Below, in pieces: positions 41,401 to 49,200 of a stretch of 64,000 nt of DNA; the stretch's first letter is position 1, and the number at the start of each line of letters is the position of its first letter. This DNA comes from Anaeramoeba ignava BMAN. Its lineage: Eukaryota; Protista; Anaeramoebae. A program made the translations under genes and the position numbers. The DNA lies in NCBI GenBank assembly GCA_028826165.1, contig JAPDFW010000114.1, positions 496,001-560,000 of the forward strand, given 5' to 3'. A model generated the notes under the pieces. The model had not been told where the DNA came from, ran no database searches, and saw only the letters and a list, made by a program, of their open reading frames with translations.

Positions 41401-44161
41401 CAAAATAAGAATATCACAATTAATCAAAAATTTAATAAATCAAAATCAATTAATTTATCAAATTAAATATGAATCACAAATTAGACAAACAATCGATCCT
41501 AAAACAGGACCTAAACCATATCAAGGTAAAATTAATGGAACAATAAGAATTGAATTTCCAGAAATAACAGAATTTAATCAGTTAAAAAAATCATGTGGAT
41601 TAATTGTTGAACCATTAAGATATCAATTACCAACTCAAGATAATAAAATATCAATATCATTAAAAATAAGCAGAGGAATGAATTTACCAGTTGGAGATAT
41701 TTCAGGAACAAGTGATGGATATTGCCAATTTAAAATAGGAGAAAAAGAATTTAAAACCAAAACAATCAAAAATTCATTATTTCCAATTTGGAAAGAAACA
41801 TTTATATTTCATTTAACATTTGAAGAATTATTGAAATCAATCATAATTAATGTTTGGGATTGGGATAAAGTAGGAAAGAATGATTTACTTGGAAAAGCAA
41901 AAATAAGAATATCAGATGTGATTCGGGAAAAGATTATTGATCAATTTCCAAATTTGAAAAATATGAAAATGAGTTATAATATGATTTCGTCTATTGAAAA
42001 ACAAATTGAATACCGAATTTGGAGATTTGAAAAGAAAAATTTCCCAATATCTGTTGAAGATGACCCAATAAATGGGCCAAGTCCGAATCGTGGGGAAATA
42101 CAAACAAGAATACGTATTGAATTTCCGGAACAAATTGAAATGAAAGATATATTGATGCTATCAGGATTTATTGATATACCCAAAAAGTTTGAGATATTAC
42201 CACAAACAAATTTACAGAATTGGGGGATTGGAATTAAAATCAACAAAATATTGGGTGCTCCACAAAAATATCCAAACATTTTAACCGAAATATATTTTGA
42301 AATGCTATTTGCGGGAGGTAAATATAAATCGAAGAAATCAAAGAAGACATTATATCCTAAATGGAAGGAGTATTATCAAGGAATTGTGGAGCCTTTTTCA
42401 GAAGAAAAAATACGGTTGAAGTTTTATGTAAAAAGGAGTTTTGCATCGGATATTTTATTAGGATATTCAAACATTTCGATAAACGATATAATCAAGGAAG
42501 AATACGAGAAGAAAAACTTCATTACAAGTATAATAGAAGTGAAAAAACTATTCCCATTTGCATATTCTCCGCGAATAGGGGTTGATTTACCAACAAAGCA
42601 AGATATTCTTTCCTTAACATTCCGCATTGAATTAGGAAATCATGATCTCAATTCTGTTGTTCGTAAAATCATGTATCCTCTTGATATGGACGAGCCACAT
42701 TTCGATCTTGATAAGGATAATTATAATATTTTTGGGATGGAAATCAAAATCAATAAGTGCCGTGATTTATTCAGGATAAACGAGAAAAAAAAACTGAATT
42801 CATTCGTAGAAGTTTATCTGCAAGAAAAATTATTTGCAATAACTCCGGTTATAAAGAAGACTCGACATCCAAAATGGAAACAACAAATTCCAAACAAGAT
42901 TGGGAATTACGAAGAGTTACGGAAGTTGCGTTTTATTATTTATCACCGAAAAATGAAAGCTATTCTTGATGAAAAAGAAAGCACTGTGCGAGTTTCAAGC
43001 GGGAAATTGGATATTTTTAAATTTTTAAGAAATAAAATCAAAATGAATCAAAGAATATATTTATTGAATGAATGGATTGAATTATTTTCAGGACCGAATC
43101 CGAAGACAGGAGAGTATAAAAAAGCTGGGAAAATTAACATCAAAATACGGTTTGAAATGAACAACCAAATTAATTTTAGGATCATTAAGGAAATGTGTGG
43201 AGTAAATAAAGCGGTTTGGATTCCGAAAACAATAATGAGCGATCCAATGTCTCATCAAGAAGAATGTTTTGTGCGACTTTATATAAACAAGGGCAAGAGT
43301 CTTCCTTCTGGAGACAGAAGCACAGGACTTTCAGACCCATATTGCTCTGTTCCTTTACCAGGAAATACTGTTTTAAACACTGAAATTTGCAAAAACACTT
43401 TGTTTCCTTTGTGGCGATCCACTTTTGATTTTTATTTAAATCCTAACGACTCAAAGAAACTCCAAATCATTGTTAAGGATTATAATAATATTCGTAAAGA
43501 CCAAATTTTGGGTTCAATTTTGATTAAAATTTGGAAACTTTTGAATGACACTTTCAATAGAGAGCAAAAGGTTTATTTTATTAAGAAAGAATTTGATGTT
43601 GTTAAAAAAACAAACGAGAAAAAAATTGTTGGGCAAATTCAAGGCAAAGTTTCGATGAAAATATGGATTGAAATTGGATCGAAAGTTGATTATCATTCAA
43701 TTGCTCAATTTTGTGGATTGGAACCAAGATTTTATGCGTCTGAAATGGAATTAAAACAAGGTCAATGGGGAGTTAAAATTTATGTTAAAAAAGCAACAAA
43801 TATTCCAGTTTCTGATTTGAATGGATATTCTGATGCCTATTGTGTTGTTCGTGTTGGAAAAGAGAATTTCAAAACAAAAGTTTGTAAGAAAAGTTTAAAT
43901 CCTGTTTGGAATGAAGTTTTTCAAATTATTGATTTGCAAAAGGAGTTGAGTAAAGTTTATGTTGATGTTTATGATAAAGACCGTTTTTCTAAAGATGATC
44001 GTATTGGTGATTTGAAGATTAATTTGGTTCAGTTATTTCAACAATATCCTGTTGTTCAAGGTTGTGATGTTAAGGTTTTTAGGAAATGGTTTGATATTAT
44101 TGATAAAAGTGGAAATCCTCATGGTTCTATTTTGATTAAATTTTATATTCAATTCAAATGA
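32456..44161 (+). CDS. Giant multi-C2-domain protein (3901 aa, ~23 C2 domains, intronless, no evident transmembrane helix)
   Basis: Repeated C2 signatures A..L...D..G.SDP(F/Y)C..KT.vikkTL.P.WNE.F..V.DWD....DyLG throughout a single ORF. Confidence 0.92.
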   Translation: MWQIDLFIIKSSFELQPCEPYCQFKFLNQKYRTKTDHETKKPRWNQEFKLKGETNNFKEIIFKLYNDNKIGKSQLGLTQFSLRKELQKLQIKPENGAEFDKTFKLDLYQQKTVKHMRTKIIGNLKIRVIGNIPNGAEPFKMRRNEEIFGEKPQQIEKDKISFEVAVLKGKNIFLTEKESELLSLMVCVKFDKKVLFTSVQKETAFPKWNQNFHFETTMNEITPEIVLELRSSGENIHTISTSLFDLISPNFTQKTEFVIFRWFPFNKGKLRFGFRINFSETVDFSFLRQLCGLERLVRQPLFDPNRDQNIWGLRLKIDSATLSSADTAYRQMDLFCRFKFENKSFKTTAENSRGTFSWRENFMLLADYKKFQSFKIEICERNKTTKATQIGNASIKLNSFLQEYIGETRNGQRIIVFEKTAKIISHTDTRKTLGTEIGSLKMELRVEFAQSVSFNSLAQIVLPNVSMEPKFILENPMDFGIAVTVCKATGLPSADITGFSDPFCTLEFQERKPYILTPPSNIKIDGDSIKSRIKTEIQKEVQEKEQEKEKSNKKQKGNMAKLMKQRLSQTKKQLKKEIQMQKKQAKQSKKEQKTEQKKSNTFKTKVIKKTLNPTWNETFEYKGSFDTIKKMIITVFDWDRFSSNDYLGTVKINVKKLFKENFVLDQTVFWKKKKYNVQGILDTKTGVYKNAGELKLKFHLEISPSCDVNKLRKVLGIQRKELTRRIEEPETPEKWALALKFKHANNLVASDMTGYSDPFCSFRLSPEKEFRTSIQKKTLFPIWNETITHHVFPEHCKSIEITVFDWDRISSNDYLGTVKIPLFKTLKDLFQDGQYLYHSGTLELPVLGKRDPKSGTKPQQGTLFLSWRVEIPQKADLQVIKEQLSVISAHPTYKISTNTSKWAAKIDIRKARGLPSGDIGGLSDPFCQFSVAGIEFKTNIIKNTLYPVWNESFHLINQEPFNLRKIIIDVYDYDKMKKNTLLGHAKLNLGLLVKEHFRQNERIFVFRHVKIPVFPPIDKKSGKLAAHGEISVDIRLEAAQDASLFQMKQFTGIEKPPPRRKLPIVDGKVAVQLTIKKAENLKAADISGTSDPFCKFKIEEKEYKTEVVKSTLFPFWNQDFLLHPDFNEIKKLKITVWDWDRVGKNDLLGTTKLNIADDVKQAFNDQSKIYVFKKALLLFSQIDPKSGQVTNTGTLHIQLRIEFPENTTIEELKLFCGILHPRLSYQLLNDPKRKDSKPIAISLKISKGMNLPVGDDSGTSDGYCQFKIGEKEFKTKTIKNSLFPIWKETFIFHLTFEELLKSIKVNVWDWNKIGKSDFLGEAKIRISQLIKNLINQNQLIYQTKYESQIRQPIDPKTGPKPYQGKINGTIRIEFPETTEFNQLKQSCGLIPFPLRYQLPTQDNKISISLKISRGMNLPVGDISGTSDGYCQFKIGEKEFKTKTIKNSLFPIWKETFIFHLTFEELLKSIKVNVWDWNKIGKSDFLGEAKIRISKLIKNSINQNQLIYQTKYESQIRQTIDPKTGNQSYKGKINGTIRIEFPETTEFNQLQKSCGLIPFPLRYQLPTQDNKISISLKISRGMNLPVGDISGTSDGYCQFKIGEKEFKTKTIKNSLFPIWKETFIFHLTFEELLKSIKVNVWDWNKIGKSDFLGEAKIRISKLIKNSINQNQLIYQIKYESQIRQTIDPKTGNQSYKGKINGTIRIEFPETTEFNQLKQSCGLIPFPLRYQLPTQDNKISISLKVSRGMNLPVGDISGTSDGYCQFKIGEKEFKTKTIKNSLFPIWKETFIFHLTFEELLKSIKVNVWDWNKIGKSDFLGEAKIRISKLIKNSINQNQLIYQIKYESQIRQTIDPKTGNQSYKGKINGTIRIEFPETTEFNQLKQSCGLIPFPLRYQLPTQDNKISISLKISRGMNLPVGDISGTSDGYCQFKIKEKEFKTKKIKNSLFPIWKETFIFHLTFEELLKSIRVNVWDWNKVGKNDFLGEAKIRISKLIKNLINQNQLIYQTKYESQIRQPIDPKTGPKPYQGKINGTIRIEFPETTEFNQLKQSCGLIVEPLRYQLPTQDNKISISLKISRGMNLPVGDISGTSDGYCQFKIREEEFKTNTIKNSLFPIWKEIFIFHLTFEELLKSIKINVWDWNKIGKSDFLGEAKIRISKLIKNLINQNQLIYQTKYESQIRQPIDPKTGNQSYKGKINGTIRIEFPETTEFNQLQKSCGLIPFPLRYQLPTQDNKISISLKISRGMNLPVGDISGTSDGYCQFKIGEKEFKTKTIKNSLFPIWKETFIFHLTFEELLKSIRVNVWDWNKVGENDFLGEAKIRISQLIKNLINQNQLIYQIKYESQIRQPIDPKTGPKPYQGKINGTIRIEFPEITEFNQLQKSCGLIVEPLRYQLPTQDNKISISLKLSRGMNLPVGDISGTSDGYCQFKIREKEFKTKTIKNSLFPIWKETFIFHLTFEELLKSIRVNVWDWNKIGKSDLLGEAKIRISQLIKNLINQNQLIYQIKYESQIRQPIDPKTGPKPYQGKINGTIRIEFPETTEFNQLKKSCGLIVEPLRYQLPTQDNKISISLKISRGMNLPVGDISGTSDGYCQFKIREEEFKTKTIKNSLFPIWKETFIFHLTFEELLKSIRINVWDWDKVGKNDLLGEAKIRISQLIKNLINQNQLIYQIKYESQIRQTIDPKTGPKPYQGKINGTIRIEFPEITEFNQLQKSCGLIVEPLRYQLPTQDNKISISLKISRGMNLPVGDDTGTSDGYCQFKIREKEFKTKTIKNSLFPIWKETFIFHLTFEELLKSIRINVWDWNKVGENDLLGEAKIRISQLIKNLINQNQLIYQIKYESQIRQTIDPKTGPKPYQGKINGTIRIEFPEITEFNQLQKSCGLIVEPLRYQLPTQDNKISISLKISRGMNLPVGDDTGTSDGYCQFKIREKEFKTKTIKNSLFPIWKETFIFHLTFEELLKSIRINVWDWDKVGKNDLLGEAKIRISQLIKNLINQNQLIYQIKYESQIRQTIDPKTGPKPYQGKINGTIRIEFPEITEFNQLKKSCGLIVEPLRYQLPTQDNKISISLKISRGMNLPVGDISGTSDGYCQFKIGEKEFKTKTIKNSLFPIWKETFIFHLTFEELLKSIIINVWDWDKVGKNDLLGKAKIRISDVIREKIIDQFPNLKNMKMSYNMISSIEKQIEYRIWRFEKKNFPISVEDDPINGPSPNRGEIQTRIRIEFPEQIEMKDILMLSGFIDIPKKFEILPQTNLQNWGIGIKINKILGAPQKYPNILTEIYFEMLFAGGKYKSKKSKKTLYPKWKEYYQGIVEPFSEEKIRLKFYVKRSFASDILLGYSNISINDIIKEEYEKKNFITSIIEVKKLFPFAYSPRIGVDLPTKQDILSLTFRIELGNHDLNSVVRKIMYPLDMDEPHFDLDKDNYNIFGMEIKINKCRDLFRINEKKKLNSFVEVYLQEKLFAITPVIKKTRHPKWKQQIPNKIGNYEELRKLRFIIYHRKMKAILDEKESTVRVSSGKLDIFKFLRNKIKMNQRIYLLNEWIELFSGPNPKTGEYKKAGKINIKIRFEMNNQINFRIIKEMCGVNKAVWIPKTIMSDPMSHQEECFVRLYINKGKSLPSGDRSTGLSDPYCSVPLPGNTVLNTEICKNTLFPLWRSTFDFYLNPNDSKKLQIIVKDYNNIRKDQILGSILIKIWKLLNDTFNREQKVYFIKKEFDVVKKTNEKKIVGQIQGKVSMKIWIEIGSKVDYHSIAQFCGLEPRFYASEMELKQGQWGVKIYVKKATNIPVSDLNGYSDAYCVVRVGKENFKTKVCKKSLNPVWNEVFQIIDLQKELSKVYVDVYDKDRFSKDDRIGDLKINLVQLFQQYPVVQGCDVKVFRKWFDIIDKSGNPHGSILIKFYIQFK
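36170..41915 (+). repeat. Intragenic tandem array of 498-bp (166-aa) C2 units, 12 copies (last one partial)
   Basis: The SLK(I/V/L)S(K/R)GMNLPVGD motif recurs at about 36181, 36679, 37177, 37675, 38173, 38671, 39169, 39667, 40165, 40663, 41161 and 41659, an exact 498-bp period. Confidence 0.97.
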
Positions 44162-44162
44162 G

Positions 44163-44833
44163 AAAATCAATTAAAATGAAAACCAATTAAAATCAAAATC
44201 AATTAAAATCAATATCAAAATCAATTAAAATCTAAATCAAAATCAAAATCAAAATCAATTAAAATCAAAATCTAAATCTAAATCAAAATCAATTAAAATC
44301 AAAATCAAAATTAAAATCAAAATCAAAATTAAAATTAAAATCAAAATCAAAATCAAATTCAATTTCAAAATCAAAATCAAATTTAAATTCAAAATTAAAA
44401 TCAAAATCAATTAAAACCAAAATCAATTAAAATCAATTAAAATCAAAATCAATTAAAATCAAAATCAAAATTAAAATCAATTCAAAATTAAAATCAATGA
44501 AAATCAAAATCAAAATCTAAATCAAAATTAAAATTAAAATAAAAATCAATTAAAAACAAAATCAAAATCAAAATTCAAAATCAAAATCAAAATCAAAATC
44601 AAAATCAAAATCAAAATCAAAATGAAAATCAAAATCAAAATCAAAATCAAAATCAATTAAAATCAAAATCAAAATCAATTAAAATTAAAATCAAAATCAA
44701 AATCAAAAACAAAATCGAAATTTAAATCAAAATCAAAATCAATTAAAATTAAAATTAAAATCAATTAAAATCAAAATCTAAATCTAAATCAATTAAAATC
44801 TAAATCAAAATCAAAATCAAAATCAAAATCAAA
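44163..44833. repeat. Degenerate (AAAATC)n/(AAAATCAATT)n array downstream of the C2 gene
   Basis: Visible directly. Confidence 0.88.
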
Positions 44834-44901
44834 AAGAAAAGAATTTTTTTTTATTTCATTAAAAGAGAAAAAAAAGATTTTCAATTTCTTTTTCCAATTT
44901 C

Positions 44902-46208
44902 TTTTGAAATGTTTTGAAATGTTTTGAAAATGTTTTGAAATTGTTTTGAAATATTTTGAAAATGTTTTAAAATATTTTGAAATTGTTTTGAAATTGTTTT
45001 GAAATGTTTTGAAATTGTTTTGAAATTGTTTTGAAATTATTTGGAATAGTTTTGAAATTGTTTTGAAATTGTTTTGAAATAGTTTTGAAATAGTTTTGAA
45101 ATGTTTTGAAATATTTTGAAATATTTTGAAATTCTTTTGAAATTGTTTTGAAATTGTTTTGGAATAGTTTTGAAATTGTTTTGAAATTGTTTTGAAATAG
45201 TTTTGAAATAGTTTTGAAATGTTTTGAAATATTTTGAAATAGTTTTGAAATGTTTTGAAATATTTTGAAATGTTTTGAAATTCTTTTGAAATGTTTTGAA
45301 ATGTTTTGAAATAGTTTTAAAATGTTTTGAAATGTTTTGAAATATTTTAAATTGTTTTAAAATATTTTGAAATGTTTTGAAATTGTTTTGAAATTGTTTT
45401 GAAATTATTTGGAATTGTTTTGAAATTGTTTTGAAATAGTTTTGAAATGTTTTGAAATTGTTTTAAAATGTTTTGAAAATGTTTTGGAATGTTTTGAAAT
45501 TGTTTTGAAATTATTTTGAAATGTTTTGAAATTGTTTTGAAATGTTTTGAAATTGTTTTGAAATGTTTTAAAATATTTTGAAATGTTTTGAAATAGTTTT
45601 GAAAATGTTTTGGAATGTTTTGAAATGTTTTGAAATGTTTTGAAATTGTTTTAAAATATTTTGGAATTGTTTTAAAATATTTTGAAATAGTTTTGAAATG
45701 TTTGGAATTGTTTTAAAATATTTTGAAATGTTTTAAATTGTTTTGGAATTGTTTTGAAATTCTTTTAAAATGTTTTGAAATAGTTTTGAAATGTTTTGAA
45801 ATTGTTTTGAAATTCTTTTGAAATTATTTGAAATATTTTGAAATGTTTTGAAATGTTTTGAAATATTTTGAAATTCTTTTGAAATAGTTTTAAAATGTTT
45901 TGAAATGTTTTGAAATGTTTTTAAATTGTTTTGAAATGTTTTGAAAATGTTTTGAAATTCTTTTGAAATGTTTTAAAATGTTTTGAAATTGTTTTGAAAT
46001 ATTTTGAAATTGTTTTTGAAAATGTTTTGAAATGTTTTGAAATGTTTTGAAATTATTTTAAAATATTTTGAAATTGTTTTGAAATTCTTTTGAAATGTTT
46101 TGAAATGTTTTGAAATGTTTTGAAATTGTTTTGAATTGTTTTGAAATGTTTTAAAATGTTTTGAAATTCTTTTGAAATGTTTGAAATGTTTTGAAATTGT
46201 TTTGAAAT
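44902..46208. repeat. 10/11-bp satellite (TTTTGAAATG / TTTTGAAATTG / TTTTGAAATAG)n between convergent genes
   Basis: About 1.3 kb of mixed 10- and 11-bp units. Confidence 0.93.
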
Positions 46209-46241
46209 TATTCACATTAATTATCATGGAAAAAGAAATAT

Positions 46242-49200
46242 TCAATTTTTATTCTTTTTTTTCCTCAATAAGTATTTAATCTTATTTAAAATATCTTGAG
46301 TATCTTGGTCAGAATATTCATTATCATTTGAATAAAGTAAATCCTTCAATTTAATTGAACCAGATTTTTCATAAATAATAACAATACGAACATTTAAAAT
46401 TTTTGCATTTTCAATTAAATCAACAATCCGATTTTTATTTGACATTTTCATCAAAGCTTTAATCTCAGAAGCTCTCAATAAGGAGAGCAACAGAGAAGCC
46501 TTTTGGAGGAAATCATTAGAAAAAAGAACAATGATTAGATCAGGAGAGGGGGATACAATTGACGAAAAAGAAGAAGAACGATATTGGAACTGTTGAAAAG
46601 CAATTTGGAAAGGAAGAAGAGCAGAAGAGATGAAATTATTAAGAGACAAAGCAAACCCGGAAGCAGTAGGATCCTGGGCAACACCTTGTTGACTATACTG
46701 GACATTCCATGAAAGGAGAGAATCATATCGGCCGCCAGAAGCGATGACAACTGAATCAACTGAATTTGAATCATAATGAAATTTTCTTGATTTTCTTGAT
46801 GGTTTTTTAGGGGTTAATATCCGAGTAATGAAATTCTCTCGAGGAATTGCGCAGATAGCATGATAGAAGAATCCCCGATAAAAAGACATTTGCGGATCAA
46901 AAAGCGAAATTTCGAAACGGATTCTTGAGGAAATTGATGTCGATTGCAGAGCCTTAGAAAGAAACTTGAGATCAGAAATCCCTTTCAATTCAGAGGTCAG
47001 TTGTTTCTGTAGATTCTTTTCATAGAAGAGAATCACGTTTTGGAGAGTTCCGTGAAGACCGCGAAATTGGGAGAGAAAAAATAACTGTTTTTGTGAAAGA
47101 TTCAAAGATTGATTTTCATTTGATCTTCGGGGAGAAAGCACAGAGCAAATATGAGCAAGGGATTGAGGAGTATGATCAAGAACGCCGCAAATATGCATGA
47201 TTGATTTGAGCATTTCAGTGTGGGAAATTTTTATGGTGTAGCCCGGAAGACCGAGTCTATGCTCCTGGATTTTCTGGAGTAATGAAGATATAGAGAGCTG
47301 TTGATAAGGTGAGCGAGGAGAGAACTTGTCGTGGTTTTCTGTGACTACATTATCGAGAGAGTGGACGGTTGTGTCTAGAACAAAAAGTGGATCCAAATCA
47401 AAAAAAACTGGTTCTTTTCCTGAACATTGAATCACGTCAAAACGGAATTCCTCTGCTCTTCGTCCGTTTGCTCGGATCACACTGCCATGTGTGTAACTCC
47501 GGATATTGCGGATGCGGTTCTCAACCACAAACCGCACATAAGGTACAAGCAGATTCTCACGAAGAAGGGAAATATTCCCCACATTGTCCATCATCTCGGT
47601 CGAGTTGTCGTATCTTACTGGGATTTCCTTCATGCTTTCAAACAGAGGAAGATCGATCCTTATTGCGCAGAATAACTCCCCAATCTTAGATAATCTGCTC
47701 TTGAGTCTTGATTGAAGTTGCAGAATATCAAGTGGATCGAGTGAGTGTAAAAATGTCGAATTTTCGAAATCAGGTAAAATATCATCAACTGGTGATTTTT
47801 CAAGCGAATTTCCGTTTGTGAGTTCGTTATCCCCTTTGTTGCTTTTCTGGTCTTGGAAATCAAGTCTGTTTTGCAGATGAAACACTGCCTTGATTAACTT
47901 TTTCAGGTGTTCTTTTTCAATGATGTTTCTGTCAGCAATCAAGTTGATTGCTGGAAGGATCGAATCTTCATGCAAGAATCTTCTCAATAATTCACTCTCC
48001 TCAAGAAGATATTTTGCACTATGTCTCTTTGTCGGATCAGGATCCGTCAAATTCTTTACAATTTGTGCTTGAATGGGGAAGTGGAACTCAAATTCTGGTG
48101 GTAATTTATGTTCATTTCTCAACATTTGGATCATCTTAACTCTTTCCATTTGAGTTGAGAATGGTTGCCACATCTCGAAGAAAATAATTCCCAGTGAGAA
48201 AAGATCAAACGTTTCATCTATCGGTCGTGATGATGTAAAGTGTTCTGGAGGGATGTATAAATAGGTTCCTGAAGGTTGTCCTTTTCCAATAGGTGTATTT
48301 TGAGAATTTATATTTTTTGCCTGTTCATCATATTTTTTTGCCAATCCAAAATCACCAATTTTCACAACATCGTTTGTGTCAAAGAAAATGTTGTCTGGTT
48401 TAAGATCTCTATGTACAATTTTGTTTGTATGTATATGTTTAAGTCCTTCAAGAATTTCACGGAAAATGACCCATAATCTTTCTTCATTCAAACATCTTTC
48501 TTTGAGTAATTTTTTAAGCGTCATTACACAATATTCCATTTGAATAAACAAATAAGTTTTGTTTTTTGTTTCGTCTTCATTTTCGGATATTTCTGAGTTG
48601 CTATTTTCAAAGAAATTTTGGAAATCATCCAAACTTCGAATTTCTCCAATATTTTGTTCTTCTTCTGAATCACTTCTTGATTTGAAATCAAAATCATCGT
48701 TATCCATCCATTGAGGTTGAATATTCTCAAAAACACTATCAGGTGTTATTATTCTTCTTGAGTTTGTTGTTATATCTTCGTTTTGTCTAGTTTTATATAG
48801 TGAATTTAGTGGTGAAAGTTCTTCAAATGATATTGCTGGACTATTTTGTTCTGAATCTGATTGATTTTTTTTAATTTGATTATTTTTATTATTTTGATTT
48901 TGATTATTTTGATTTTCTTTTTGTTTTGATTTTGAATAATCGAATATTATGTAATTTTCTAGATCTTCAGTTGATTTTGGATCTGAAATTGTGAAATTGA
49001 ATGATTCATCGAAATCAATGTTAATTGCATCAAAATCGAATGGAAGATCACTTGAAGTATCAGAGTCAGTATCTGAATTTTGATTTTTTTGATTTTGATT
49101 TTTTTGATTTTTATTTTTTTGATTTTTGATTTTTTGATTTTTATTTTTGTTAATAGGCTTGAAAAATATATCTTCAGGAAATTCGAAATTATTATTGTTT

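Noticed and set aside
36170-41915. 498-bp array as a CRISPR array or mobile element
   Set aside because: There are no unique spacers, TIRs or LTRs. The units are in-frame C2 domains within one ORF.
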